Below are positions 44,041-54,237 of a DNA stretch of 64,000 nt, in pieces. Both the position numbers and the translations under genes were made by a program. The notes beneath the pieces are model-generated. The model was not told where the DNA came from and did not search any database. It saw nothing but the letters and a program-made list of their open reading frames with translations. This stretch comes from Bacillota bacterium (GTDB taxonomy: Bacteria > Bacillota > Bacilli > Paenibacillales > UBA4045): contig JAEZQY010000001.1 in assembly GCA_023441055.1 (NCBI GenBank), positions 81,032-145,031 on the forward strand, given 5' to 3'. Position 1 is the first letter of the stretch. Every line of letters begins with the position of its first letter.

Positions 44041-45006
44041 ATGAGTGTGAAATCAATTGCTGTATTAACCAGCGGAGGCGACTCCCAAGGGATGAACGCT
44101 GCTGTTCGAGCCGTAGTGCGCAGCGGGTTGTATCATGGACTTCAGGTATTCGCAGTGCAACGTGGTTATCAAGGGCTAATCAATGAGGACATTCGCGAGA
44201 TGGATCTGCGCAGTGTCGGCGATATTATTCAGCGTGGCGGGACCATTCTGCAGACAGCTCGGTGCAAGGAATTCATGACGCCTGAGGGTCAACAGCTGGC
44301 AGCGGACAATCTGCGCAAGCATGGCATAGATGGGTTGGTTGTTATAGGTGGAGACGGATCCTATCGCGGTGCTCAGAAGCTAAGCAATCTGGGGATCAAG
44401 ACGATGGGCCTGCCCGGCACAATCGATAACGATATTCCCTATACCGACTTCACGATCGGATTCGATACTGCAGTGAGCATCGTAGTGGATGCGATTAATA
44501 AATTACGTGATACGATGAGCTCTCATGAGCGTTCTTCCGTTGTGGAAGTCATGGGACGACACTGTGGGGATATTGCGCTGTACGCGGGTGTAGCGAGCGG
44601 CGCGGAGACGATCCTGGTGCCCGAGGTACCGCATGATCTTGATGTTGTGGCTAGACGCATGAAGGATAATTTCGATCATGGCAAGCGTCACAGTATTATC
44701 ATCGTTGCCGAAGGTGTTGGCAGCGGCGAGGAGATCTCCAAGGCGATCTCTGATCGCAACGGCATCGAGTCCCGCGTTACCGTTCTGGGACATGTGCAGC
44801 GCGGCGGCGCGCCTACACATAATGACCGAATCCTGGCAAGCCGACTCGGTGACTATGCGGTTCGCAGGCTAGTCGAAGGGGATTCCGGCAAGTCGGTCGG
44901 CATCTATAAGAACGAGCTTGTCGCGACAGACTTCGATCTAGTGATCGGCACGAAGAAGCCATTCAAGACGGACCTCTATGAGATGGCGATTCGGTTATCG
45001 CAATAA
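44041..45006 (+). CDS. pfkA: ATP-dependent 6-phosphofructokinase
   Basis: IAVLTSGGDSQGMNAA, GGDGSY, PGTIDNDI and MGRHCGDIA are canonical PfkA motifs. GGGAGG RBS. Confidence 0.95.
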   Translation: MSVKSIAVLTSGGDSQGMNAAVRAVVRSGLYHGLQVFAVQRGYQGLINEDIREMDLRSVGDIIQRGGTILQTARCKEFMTPEGQQLAADNLRKHGIDGLVVIGGDGSYRGAQKLSNLGIKTMGLPGTIDNDIPYTDFTIGFDTAVSIVVDAINKLRDTMSSHERSSVVEVMGRHCGDIALYAGVASGAETILVPEVPHDLDVVARRMKDNFDHGKRHSIIIVAEGVGSGEEISKAISDRNGIESRVTVLGHVQRGGAPTHNDRILASRLGDYAVRRLVEGDSGKSVGIYKNELVATDFDLVIGTKKPFKTDLYEMAIRLSQ

Positions 45007-45041
45007 AGTGGACAGTGGGGTTCATGCTCCCTGCATATAAG

Positions 45042-45088
45042 AGAAGAGCTGCTAGGAGAACATACGCGTTCATCCAAGCAGCTCTTCT
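45042..45088. terminator. Bidirectional terminator between pfkA and the convergent HlyD gene
   Basis: A 12-bp stem (AGAAGAGCTGCT / AGCAGCTCTTCT). Confidence 0.6.
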
Positions 45089-45095
45089 ATTTGGG

Positions 45096-46172
45096 CTATC
45101 TGAGGTATACGATATCCCCTTCGCTGAGGCCTTCGAGCACCTCGGTCTTATCCGAGGTTTCAATTCCGATTTGAATGTCGCGCCGCTCAATGCCATCTGC
45201 CCCGTCTGTATACACATAGTATTGATTCGCTTCACGCAATACAGCGATCGTCGGGACCACTATAGCATCCTGTCGACTATCGGTCACAATCTTCCCGGTT
45301 AGGCTTAGCCCGGCGATCAGGTCCGGCTGGTTTTCCAGACTGATGCGGATTTCGAAGAGAGCTGATCCGGACTGCTGGCCAATCGCGGCCTTGGCGAACT
45401 TGGCCACCTTCTCCACACGGCCCTCAATGGCTGCTCCGCCCCAAGCCTCAACCTTCACCTCAACGCGCATGTCCTCCTTGATCCGGAACACTTCATACTC
45501 GCTCGCCTCGGTGATCAGCTCCATGTTCGTGATATCGACGATATAGCCGATTAACTGGTCTTGCTCAACGCGGTCCGGCCGCTTGCCGTCCGCCAGCAGG
45601 AAGATCCCGCCTACAGGCGCAGTCATTCGCTGTCTATCTAATCGATCCTGCTTATCCTCGATATCGGCCTCTGCGATCTGGAGCTCCAGCTGCTTTAGCT
45701 TCTTGGCAAGCTCCTCCTGCTCCTTCTTGGCAAACCGTGTCAGCGGTGTCTGATCACCGGCTGTCGGCTGTTCGCTCGCTAATACCGCGGTGGCCTCCAG
45801 TAGCTTCAGATCCAGTCGTTGCTGCAGCAAGCGGGCTTCAGCGAGCGATAATTCCTGCTGCAGTCTTCCGCTATTGAGCTCGAACAGGATATCCTCCGCA
45901 TCGATACTCTGTCCTTCTTCCACATGCCAGGCGTTCACATCGGCGCTGAAGGGCGCATACACCGCGGTCTGATTCACATAGGATGACTTCCCCTTGACCT
46001 CTACGGATTGCGTAATATTCTCCTTGGTTACCTCGAATTGAATCTCATTCGCATAATCGTTGAACTGCTCTGAACCCCCGCTAGGCGGCTTGCTCGCTAG
46101 ATAGAGGAACACGGTTAGCGAGATGGCGGCGATCGCCAACACCATAAGTCCCCATTTCATTCTTCTCTTCAT
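45096..46172 (-). CDS. HlyD/RND-adaptor-family periplasmic-type adaptor subunit
   Basis: N-terminal anchor (MKRRMKWGLMVLAIAAISL), a coiled-coil middle region and a beta-barrel C-terminus. It is the last gene of the ABC operon. Confidence 0.7.
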   Translation of the reverse strand: MKRRMKWGLMVLAIAAISLTVFLYLASKPPSGGSEQFNDYANEIQFEVTKENITQSVEVKGKSSYVNQTAVYAPFSADVNAWHVEEGQSIDAEDILFELNSGRLQQELSLAEARLLQQRLDLKLLEATAVLASEQPTAGDQTPLTRFAKKEQEELAKKLKQLELQIAEADIEDKQDRLDRQRMTAPVGGIFLLADGKRPDRVEQDQLIGYIVDITNMELITEASEYEVFRIKEDMRVEVKVEAWGGAAIEGRVEKVAKFAKAAIGQQSGSALFEIRISLENQPDLIAGLSLTGKIVTDSRQDAIVVPTIAVLREANQYYVYTDGADGIERRDIQIGIETSDKTEVLEGLSEGDIVYLR

Positions 46173-46218
46173 AGCTCCTAACCCTTCCTTCTCCCCTAAA
46201 ATATTGACCGGCCATCTG

Positions 46219-47544
46219 CTACTCACGCTTGATTGCGGACAACGCGTCAGTCCGCGATGCCTTGATCGCCGGATATAGCCCAGACAGCACACCTGTCAGA
46301 ATAGCGAACAGCATCCCGATGGGCAGCACCCAACTGGATATGAATAAAATCTCCGAGCCTGCTCCTTGTCCAGAAAATTGGACGATGACCGCATTGATCC
46401 CCCAGATAACCCAATAGGAGAACAGGATGCCGAGCAGTCCGCCCAGCACGCCCAGCAGCGTGGCCTCAACTATGAACATATTGCGGATTTGAGCCAGGTT
46501 GGCACCCAATACCTTCATGATGCCGATCTGCCTCCTGCGCTGATGGGTGGCCATCGTCATGGCAACCACAATCGTCAGCGAGGCGACGAACAGGACGAAC
46601 AGCCCGACACCGCCGAAGATAAGTCGAACAATAATCATCTCTTCGTTGAACCGATCGATCTGCGATAGATTATTGTAGCTGTTCAAGCTAAGCTTCCGGA
46701 TTAATCGCTCAACCTGCTCGACCCTCGATTGATCGGTCACCTTGACCTTGGCGCTGTTGAAGGAATCGGTCGAAATGGGTTGTTCACGGTCACCTGCTGC
46801 GATATAAGTATTCTGAATCTTCTTAGCGGTCTCCATCGAGATATAGGCCTGCTTCTGATAACGTTGCTGATTAATCGGAGTACCTTCCACAGGCGCGATG
46901 ATACCGACGACTTTGAGCGGATAGGTGATCGTCTTCATCGATCCGTCAGCTTGCTGGATGTCCCTGTTCAAGCTAACTGTCTTCTGATACAACGGATACG
47001 AGATCGGTGGGGGCTCAACGCCACCCATACGAGCGGCAGCCTGCAGCGCGCGTTCATCATAGATGTCGAAGGTGGCGCCATAATTGATAATAACCGTATT
47101 ATCCAGATTGGCTGGCGATCCCTGTCGAAGTTCGAATCCGAAGTCGGGAAGTGACTCGAGCTCAGTGGCGATTAATTCCATATAGCCATACTTCGTATCG
47201 TCCACATTGAACCGCATGTAGCCAACCCCCTGGAAGGTGGCGGCCGCCAGTACATCCGGGAAGCTCTTGATAATGGATAACAGCTCAGGCGTAATCGGCA
47301 CCGGCTTGCTCTGATTTGGATCGTCTACAGAGATAATGTGGCCGGTAGAGATGTTGATCTCGTCCATCTTGAACCATTGATTCATCGATTGCTGACTGTA
47401 ATGACCAATCGATTCGCCGAGAGAGAGCGCCACAATGATCGATGTGCAGCCGATTGCAATGCCAAGCGCACATAGCGCGGTTACAACCTTGCGTCGTCTG
47501 AGCTGGTCCCAGCCCAGTCGTATGTAATCCTTTATTCTCATCAT
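46219..47544 (-). CDS. ABC transporter permease (FtsX/MacB type)
   Basis: One TM helix, a large extracytoplasmic domain, then three C-terminal TM helices containing the FtsX-like block. The start overlaps the ATPase stop. Confidence 0.85.
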   Translation of the reverse strand: MMRIKDYIRLGWDQLRRRKVVTALCALGIAIGCTSIIVALSLGESIGHYSQQSMNQWFKMDEINISTGHIISVDDPNQSKPVPITPELLSIIKSFPDVLAAATFQGVGYMRFNVDDTKYGYMELIATELESLPDFGFELRQGSPANLDNTVIINYGATFDIYDERALQAAARMGGVEPPPISYPLYQKTVSLNRDIQQADGSMKTITYPLKVVGIIAPVEGTPINQQRYQKQAYISMETAKKIQNTYIAAGDREQPISTDSFNSAKVKVTDQSRVEQVERLIRKLSLNSYNNLSQIDRFNEEMIIVRLIFGGVGLFVLFVASLTIVVAMTMATHQRRRQIGIMKVLGANLAQIRNMFIVEATLLGVLGGLLGILFSYWVIWGINAVIVQFSGQGAGSEILFISSWVLPIGMLFAILTGVLSGLYPAIKASRTDALSAIKRE

Positions 47545-48224
47545 GATGCGCCCAGTTCCTCCCCGACGAGCTTGCCGTCCTTCAGTCGCAGGATGCGCTG
47601 CGTGCGGCGGGCAACCTCTTGTTCATGCGTGACGATCATGAAGGTGATACCCAGTGTCTCATTCAGCTCCAGCAACAGGCGCAGGATCTCGGCTTCGGTC
47701 TGTGTATCCAGATTCCCGGTTGGTTCATCGGCGAATACAATCGAAGGATGGGTGATCAGCGCGCGTGCGATGCTCACACGCTGTTGCTGGCCCCCCGAGA
47801 GATCCGATGTGAACATATCTGCCTTTTCGCCAATGCCTACTTGTTCAAGTAGGAGCAGGGCTCGTTCTCTTCGCTCCTTTTCCTTAACGCCTTGGAAGAC
47901 GAGTGGAAGCTCCACATTCTCCCGTACCGTCAGATGCGGAATCAGCTCATAGGATTGGAAGATAAACCCGATGCGAGATCGTCTGAAGACGGCCAGCTCA
48001 TTCTCGCTCATGCGCTCGATTGGCTGACCGCATATGCGAATGGACCCCTCGCTTGGTTTCATGAGACCGGCCATCAGATTGAGCAGCGTTGATTTGCCCG
48101 AGCCAGAGCTGCCGAGCAAGGCAACAATCTCTGATTCAGCGACCGTGAAATCAATCTGATCGAGGACGGTTGTCCGTTCGCTGCCGGTTAGGAACTGATG
48201 GGTTAAAGCTTCTACTTGCAGCAC
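47541..48224 (-). CDS. ABC transporter ATP-binding protein (MacB/LolD type)
   Basis: Walker A (GSSGSGKST), signature (LSGGQQQRV) and Walker B (IVFADEPT). GTG start follows GAGGAG. Confidence 0.9.
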   Translation of the reverse strand: MLQVEALTHQFLTGSERTTVLDQIDFTVAESEIVALLGSSGSGKSTLLNLMAGLMKPSEGSIRICGQPIERMSENELAVFRRSRIGFIFQSYELIPHLTVRENVELPLVFQGVKEKERRERALLLLEQVGIGEKADMFTSDLSGGQQQRVSIARALITHPSIVFADEPTGNLDTQTEAEILRLLLELNETLGITFMIVTHEQEVARRTQRILRLKDGKLVGEELGAS

Positions 48225-48373
48225 GCGTTCATCTCCTCACATTAATGATCTAGTATATATAGACGTAACATAATCGAAAAGGACTGCATAAAGTTGAAAA
48301 TAAAAAAGAGCGCGCGATTGTCATGTATGCCGCGACACTCTAGCAGTTATTTTATAAGTCATATTTGAAGGTA

Positions 48374-49582
48374 CTATTTATATTCCACTCCGGATGTATA
48401 GCGATTGCCCGCATTCCAGAGCAGATATTCATGCACATCATTATCGTTCAGCGCACGGATCTGTTCCTCGATTTCATGCTTGCCATACTTAATATAACCG
48501 GGTATCCAGGTGGCGGTGAAGTCTTGAATCCATGGTCGGATAATGGGCTTCTGTTGCAGCTCTACTAATGGTTCGAGCTTCTTATGTGTATCCTCAGTCG
48601 CGCCATTAATGGTTACATATGGATTGGCGTCGGGAACCTTAGAGCCATACCAGCCGGTGCTGTAATGGCTCGGATAGATCATCGGACTTATTACATCAAC
48701 AAACTTCGAAATCTTCACGAAATCCTGCCCGATGCCTTCAGCAGCTGGGACGGAGGCTGCGTATCCGAAGATGTCAACGGAGATACGCGCGCCAAGATGA
48801 TTTAATTGCTCGCGAGCATATTCGACGAATTCTGCGACAACATCTACGCGGGAACGCTCATCGGTGTCGAAGCTGAGCGAATCTGCCTTCTTCTCGAAGC
48901 CTTCAGGGAACCGCACATAGTCGAATTGAATTTCCTTGAAGCCCATCTTAATGGCTTCCTTCGCCACTTCAATATTATAATCCCACACTTCCTGGCGATA
49001 GGGATTGACGAAGTTTTCCTTCCGGCCATTCATCCAGATATCTCCACCTGCAGTCAGGAACGACCATTCCGGCTTCTTCTTGGCTAGAATGGAGTCCTTA
49101 AATACAACGATACGGGCAATTGGATAAATCTCATTCTCCTCGAGTGTCGTCATCAGCTTGCCCATATCACCAATGATCTTCTTCGTGGTGCCAAGCTCCT
49201 GAATGATTTCATTATCCGTCACCCAAGTGACATTGCCCCAATCATCCTTGATATCGATCACAAGGGAGTTGAGCTCCGTCTCATTAAGCAAGGTGATAAG
49301 ATCTTGCAGCCTCGCTCCTCCAGCGGAGTGAGCGGTTGCGTATACACCCTTGATGTACGGCGTATCGGGTGCAGGATCGACCTTGATGAATTGGCCGTCC
49401 TCATCTGTGCCATCTACAAGGGCAGAATCAGGGATTGGGTCTGTACCTTCACCTTGCTGCTGCGCAATAATCGCGTTCTGGGTGTGAATAGACGCTTGAA
49501 CGAGCTGTTCATAGGTGGCTTCCGGACTCGCCGCCGATACGTCACCCCATACTAACAACAATGCGGCTAAAAGAATATCCAT
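48374..49582 (-). CDS. Putative glycoside hydrolase (DUF4015-like TIM barrel)
   Basis: IKGVY.T...AG......L......ELNSLVIDIKDD.G and FKEIQFDYVRFPE resemble the DUF4015 family as I recall it. The N-terminus looks like a short signal peptide. Confidence 0.55.
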   Translation of the reverse strand: MDILLAALLLVWGDVSAASPEATYEQLVQASIHTQNAIIAQQQGEGTDPIPDSALVDGTDEDGQFIKVDPAPDTPYIKGVYATAHSAGGARLQDLITLLNETELNSLVIDIKDDWGNVTWVTDNEIIQELGTTKKIIGDMGKLMTTLEENEIYPIARIVVFKDSILAKKKPEWSFLTAGGDIWMNGRKENFVNPYRQEVWDYNIEVAKEAIKMGFKEIQFDYVRFPEGFEKKADSLSFDTDERSRVDVVAEFVEYAREQLNHLGARISVDIFGYAASVPAAEGIGQDFVKISKFVDVISPMIYPSHYSTGWYGSKVPDANPYVTINGATEDTHKKLEPLVELQQKPIIRPWIQDFTATWIPGYIKYGKHEIEEQIRALNDNDVHEYLLWNAGNRYTSGVEYK

Positions 49583-49683
49583 AATAAGTTCTCTCCCTTA
49601 AATGCTCTATATGCTCTAATGATCATTATATGACAAAGAGCGACATACAAACAGGGAAATGTTGTTCATTCGACTTGGAAAAC

Positions 49684-49716
49684 AGATAAGGCTGCCCGTG
49701 TTAGGCAGCCTTATCT
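49684..49716 (-). terminator. Hairpin terminator downstream of the 64-aa gene
   Basis: A 13-bp stem (AGATAAGGCTGCC / GGCAGCCTTATCT). Confidence 0.6.
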
Positions 49717-49728
49717 ATATGAATCATG

Positions 49729-49923
49729 TTAATGAATAAAGGAAACCTTCTGATGCTCGAAAATACTCTGCTGAACAATCTCTATGGCGCCTGTTGAATC
49801 GAGCATATCAAGTCCATTCCTCAGCACTATCGGACAATCCAGTTCGTCCGGCTTCAGAAAGGAGTAGAGCTCAGGCGTCAGCTTCATTACTATGCTGGAT
49901 AGCTTTACTACTTGCATGTCCAT
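49729..49923 (-). CDS. Hypothetical small protein
   Basis: 64 aa from MDMQVVKL, following AAAGGGTGAG. Confidence 0.45.
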   Translation of the reverse strand: MDMQVVKLSSIVMKLTPELYSFLKPDELDCPIVLRNGLDMLDSTGAIEIVQQSIFEHQKVSFIH

Positions 49924-50041
49924 TCGTCTCACCCTTTCAACCGAATTGTACAACACGATCGAAAAGCGGTACCGCTGGAAAGCCTGTAGCCTGAATCATA
50001 CATAATTATATCATAATTTCATCTATAGAACTACTCAGCGA

Positions 50042-50863
50042 TTAATTCAATCTGCGGAATTCTCCGATCACGCCTACGGTCTCGACGATATTGACGAACG
50101 CTTTAGGGTCTATACGTTTAATCAGTGTGCGCAGCTCCGCAAGCTCATAGCGGGTAGTTACCGTCATCAGCATGTCCTTGTCATCATGGCTGTAAGCCCC
50201 TCTGGTATGAATGATCGTCACGCCGCGAGGACGCAGGAGAAGGTGCTCTAGCATCTCGTCTGTCTTGCCAGTGACGATGAAGGCGGTAATTTTCTCATGT
50301 CGAATGTGGACGAAGTCGATAAGTTTGCTGCTAATGAAGATACTGAGCATAGAATACAGTGCCGCATCCCAGTTATCTAGATAGCCGAGTGCTAGAACAA
50401 CCAAGCCATTGAGCGCGAATAACACATTGCCTAGCGGGAAATCACGCTTCTTGGTCAAGATTGAGCCGATGATATCGAATCCGCCGGAGGAGCCGTTATA
50501 ACGAAGTGTGATTCCGACACCAAATCCAGCAATGACACCACCGAATACAGCAGCCAGGATCGGATCGCTGACAACTGCCTTGGCGGGAATAACCTGCAAC
50601 AGCCAGGAGGTGCAGGTGACAGAGATGATGGTCAGCGCAATAAATTTTCGACCGATCGCGAACCAGCCCCACACCATAAGGGGGAGATTGATGATGAAGT
50701 ACAGGTAGCCGATATTCCAATCCGTGTAGTAACCAATAATCATGGAGATTCCTGACACTCCTCCACTCAGCAGCTTATGAGGAACAAGGAATAAGTTGAA
50801 CCCTGCGGCTACGAGGAAGGACGCCGCGAGAATGATGACGATATTTAGCGAACGGTTTAACAT
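50042..50863 (-). CDS. YitT-family membrane protein (with C-terminal DUF2179)
   Basis: Five or six helices with LLSGGVSGISMI, plus a soluble C-terminal domain (...TIIHTRGAYS...). Confidence 0.75.
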   Translation of the reverse strand: MLNRSLNIVIILAASFLVAAGFNLFLVPHKLLSGGVSGISMIIGYYTDWNIGYLYFIINLPLMVWGWFAIGRKFIALTIISVTCTSWLLQVIPAKAVVSDPILAAVFGGVIAGFGVGITLRYNGSSGGFDIIGSILTKKRDFPLGNVLFALNGLVVLALGYLDNWDAALYSMLSIFISSKLIDFVHIRHEKITAFIVTGKTDEMLEHLLLRPRGVTIIHTRGAYSHDDKDMLMTVTTRYELAELRTLIKRIDPKAFVNIVETVGVIGEFRRLN

Positions 50864-51003
50864 GTTGATCGACCTCCGTGTCAGGTGATTATTAACCAGT
50901 ATGGAAATGAATTTGGATTGTTATAACAGTTGCGGTTGACGGATACCACCTTTTCTATGGTACAGTAAAAAGTATAATATGAACAATTTGAGGGAGGATT
51001 GCC

Positions 51004-51594
51004 ATGATGTATGAATTAAAAGATGCAGAACGTATATTTGTATTTACGGGTCCTGACGGCGCAGGTCGGTCCACGATCGCGGATATGGTCGGTAACACCC
51101 TGGGCATAAAGAAAGTCATTGGATATACCACCAGACCTTCTCGTCCAATTGAAGAGGACGGACAGGATTATCATTTCATTACTATGCAACAATTCAAGGA
51201 AGCTGATGCTCGTGGCGAGTTTATTGAGAAGATTAGCTTCAAGAATAACCTATACGGGATTAAGAACAATGATATCGCGCGCATGTTCCTGAATTTCAGC
51301 TGCATCTACCTGATATTAAATATCGAAGGTGCGGAAATACTAAAGCGACTATACGGCGATAAGGTGGTTCGCGTCTTCGTTCATGCTGATAAGGCAACTG
51401 TAGAGAAGCGCCAGCGCGACAAGGGGTTGTCTGAGGAAGATATCTCCAGTCACTTGGAGCACTATGAGAAGGATATGGCCTATATGCAGAATTGCGAGCA
51501 CTCCTTCGAGAACCTGGATCTAGCTCATGTTGTGTTCGATATTACCAATGTATTCGAGGGTTATCTCCATCGCAATCTCGTTGATAAGGATTAA
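51004..51594 (+). CDS. Guanylate-kinase-like protein (atypical P-loop)
   Basis: The GMP-binding block YTTRPSRPIEEDGQDYHFIT is present. The P-loop reads GPDGAGRST, with Arg where the Walker A Lys is expected. Confidence 0.65.
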   Translation: MMYELKDAERIFVFTGPDGAGRSTIADMVGNTLGIKKVIGYTTRPSRPIEEDGQDYHFITMQQFKEADARGEFIEKISFKNNLYGIKNNDIARMFLNFSCIYLILNIEGAEILKRLYGDKVVRVFVHADKATVEKRQRDKGLSEEDISSHLEHYEKDMAYMQNCEHSFENLDLAHVVFDITNVFEGYLHRNLVDKD

Positions 51595-51711
51595 GTGGTA
51601 AATGTCGGATAACTTGTGTTATAATATTCAGGATATACTTTCGGACGGATGCTGCATGGATGGAGAGTATAGAGATATAAGGCGCATAAGACGCCTAAGA
51701 CAAGAAGGAGC

Positions 51712-53367
51712 ATGAATCTATTGGAAACAACGGACAACACTAACACGAACGAGAATGAACGCCCAACAATAACGTTTAATGATTTTAACTTGGAGCCTAA
51801 GGTATACCGCGCGATTACCGAGCTTGGCTTTGAGGAACCGACTCCGATTCAGATGAAGTCGATCCCGGTTGCCCTGACAGGCAGAGATTTGATCGGTCAG
51901 GCGCAGACAGGGACAGGGAAGACAGCAGCCTTCGGTATTCCGCTTATTAATAAGATTGATACTCGCGGCGACAAGATTGAGGCGCTGATACTGGCGCCTA
52001 CACGTGAGCTGGCCATACAGGTTTCTGAAGAGATTGGCAAGCTTGCTCGTTATAAGGGTGTACGCACATTGCCGATCTACGGCGGGCAAGAGATCGGTCG
52101 ACAAATCCGCGCTCTGAAGAAGTATCCGCATATTATTATCGGCACGCCAGGCCGGCTGCTCGATCACATTAACCGCAAGACGATTCGCCTGGATGAAGTG
52201 AAGACGGTCATACTGGACGAAGCGGACGAGATGCTGGATATGGGCTTTATGGAGGATATTCAAACCATTCTAAAGCTGGTCCCCAGCGAGCGTCATACGA
52301 TGTTATTCTCGGCCACGATGCCTGCTAACATCAAGAGGCTTGCGCAACAATTCCTAACGAATCCAGAGCATGTCTCGGTCATCCCGAAGCAAGTGGAAGT
52401 GCCATTAATTGCGCAATCCTACTTCGAGGTGCATGAGCGTCAGAAGTTTGACATTCTATCCCGGCTATTGGATATGGAATCGCCAGATCTTGCGATCATC
52501 TTCGGCCGAACTAAGCGCCGCGTAGATGAGCTGGCAGAAGCGCTGCAGAAGCGCGGGTATTCCGCCGACGGGCTGCACGGCGATTTATCGCAGAATCAGC
52601 GTGATGCTGTTATGCGCAAGTTCCGTGATGGCAGCATCGATGTGCTGGTTGCAACAGATGTCGCGGCGAGAGGACTTGACGTATCAGGCGTCACGCATGT
52701 TATCAACTTCGACTTGCCGCAGGATCCTGAGAGCTACGTGCATCGGATCGGCCGAACGGGAAGAGCGGGCAAGGAAGGCAGCGCGTGGACCTTCGTCACG
52801 CCGCGCGAGATTGATCATCTTCGCTTCATTGAGCGTGTGAACAGACATCGCATCAATCGCAAGCCATTGCCAAGTCTGGCAGAAGCGATCGAGGGTAAGC
52901 AGAAGGTGACTGCTGAGCGCTTATTAGATTCGATCAATAGCGATAGCATTAATGAGTTTAAGGGCTTAGCGATTCAACTGCTTGAGCAGTACGATAGCGT
53001 CCAATTGCTGTCAGCCTCGCTCATGCTGTTGACAGGCGAGAAGAATGACGTGTCGATCCAATTGACGCCGGAGGATCCGCTTCGCGCCAAGAAGAGAAGA
53101 TCGGATGTCAGCACAGCGGGTCGCAAGTATACGGGCTTCAGCAACAGCGGCGGCTCTCGCTTCGGACGCGGCAACAGCGGCGGTTCGCGTGATAGCTCGT
53201 CTAGAGATCGCGGGGGCTACGGTGATCGCGGAGGCTATGGCGACCGTGGAGGTTACGGCCGCAGCTATAGCAGTCGCGATAGCAGTCGTGATTATAGCCG
53301 TGATGGATCCAGTCGCAAGCCAAAGGCTGACCGCAAGGACCGCAGCTCAGACGAATTTACCAATTAG
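51712..53367 (+). CDS. cshA: DEAD-box ATP-dependent RNA helicase (CshA type) with an RG/SR-rich tail
   Basis: Q-motif (FEEPTPIQ), [15 protein letters not shown] and [10 protein letters not shown] are present, with a low-complexity C-terminal tail. The start could instead be TTG 51721, because the RBS lies very close to ATG 51712. Confidence 0.9.
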   Translation: MNLLETTDNTNTNENERPTITFNDFNLEPKVYRAITELGFEEPTPIQMKSIPVALTGRDLIGQAQTGTGKTAAFGIPLINKIDTRGDKIEALILAPTRELAIQVSEEIGKLARYKGVRTLPIYGGQEIGRQIRALKKYPHIIIGTPGRLLDHINRKTIRLDEVKTVILDEADEMLDMGFMEDIQTILKLVPSERHTMLFSATMPANIKRLAQQFLTNPEHVSVIPKQVEVPLIAQSYFEVHERQKFDILSRLLDMESPDLAIIFGRTKRRVDELAEALQKRGYSADGLHGDLSQNQRDAVMRKFRDGSIDVLVATDVAARGLDVSGVTHVINFDLPQDPESYVHRIGRTGRAGKEGSAWTFVTPREIDHLRFIERVNRHRINRKPLPSLAEAIEGKQKVTAERLLDSINSDSINEFKGLAIQLLEQYDSVQLLSASLMLLTGEKNDVSIQLTPEDPLRAKKRRSDVSTAGRKYTGFSNSGGSRFGRGNSGGSRDSSSRDRGGYGDRGGYGDRGGYGRSYSSRDSSRDYSRDGSSRKPKADRKDRSSDEFTN

Positions 53368-53391
53368 GATCGGGATCTGGAGGTAGCCGCG

Positions 53392-54171
53392 ATGGAAATG
53401 AAAGGGCTGATGGGGGGATTCTACCGCATATCTGAATGGATTATGCGGCTCTCCGGGATTAATCTGCTGTGGATCATCTGTTCGTTACCATTTGTCTTTC
53501 TGATATTCACACAACTGCTGTACATCGCAGGACAGTCTGCTGATGAGGTTGCATATACATCCTTGTATGAATTGCTTGCAGGGCTGCTAATACCTATGGT
53601 TATTGCGCCTTTCACCTTATTCCCTGCCACATCAGCCATGTTCTCAGTCGCGCGGAAGTGGGCGACAGGAGATGGGGATATCCCCATCTTCAAGTCGTAT
53701 TTTCAATACTACAAATCTAATTATAAGCAAGCGATGCTGGGCGGGATCTTCTTCGTTCTCGCCTTTATCATCATCGTAATTAATATTCAGTTCTATGCAG
53801 ACCAGAAATCCGGCTTGGCCATCCTGAATTATGTATTCTTATTTTTGATGGTGCTGCTTGCCGGCGCGCTTTTCAATTTCTTTTGTTATTTGTCTCATTT
53901 TGAGATGAACTTCCTAGGCATTCTCAAGAATAGCCTGCTGTTTACAATTGCAAGGCCTTTCAATACGGTGTATATGTTATTTATGAATATTGCGATCATG
54001 TACATTAGCTTCTTCAGGTTCACCTTCTTGATACCCTTCTTCATGGGCTCGTTGATCGCGGTTGTATCGTTCTGGGGCTTCCTTAGGAGCATCCAGCGCA
54101 TTCAGGATAAGGCTGAGCGGCTACGGGAGAAGGAAGAAGCTAAACAAGCGCAGAGCGAAGAGTCGGAATAG
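53392..54171 (+). CDS. YesL-family (DUF624) membrane protein
   Basis: FYRISEWIMRLSGINLLWIICSLPFV plus about 6 helices. Confidence 0.6.
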   Translation: MEMKGLMGGFYRISEWIMRLSGINLLWIICSLPFVFLIFTQLLYIAGQSADEVAYTSLYELLAGLLIPMVIAPFTLFPATSAMFSVARKWATGDGDIPIFKSYFQYYKSNYKQAMLGGIFFVLAFIIIVINIQFYADQKSGLAILNYVFLFLMVLLAGALFNFFCYLSHFEMNFLGILKNSLLFTIARPFNTVYMLFMNIAIMYISFFRFTFLIPFFMGSLIAVVSFWGFLRSIQRIQDKAERLREKEEAKQAQSEESE

Positions 54172-54202
54172 ATACTGGATACAATTCACTGTGCAGATCC
54201 AA

Positions 54203-54231
54203 TTTACAATTTGGGCAATCAGGCATATAAT
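54203..54231 (+). promoter_or_regulatory. Sigma-A-type promoter of the structured RNA
   Basis: TTTACA (54203-54208), 17-bp spacer, TATAAT (54226-54231). Confidence 0.55.
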
Positions 54232-54237
54232 AAGGAT

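Noticed and set aside
45015-45302. A 95-aa plus-strand ORF after pfkA.
   Set aside because: It spans the pfkA terminator hairpin and runs antisense into the 3' end of the HlyD adaptor gene. It has no RBS.
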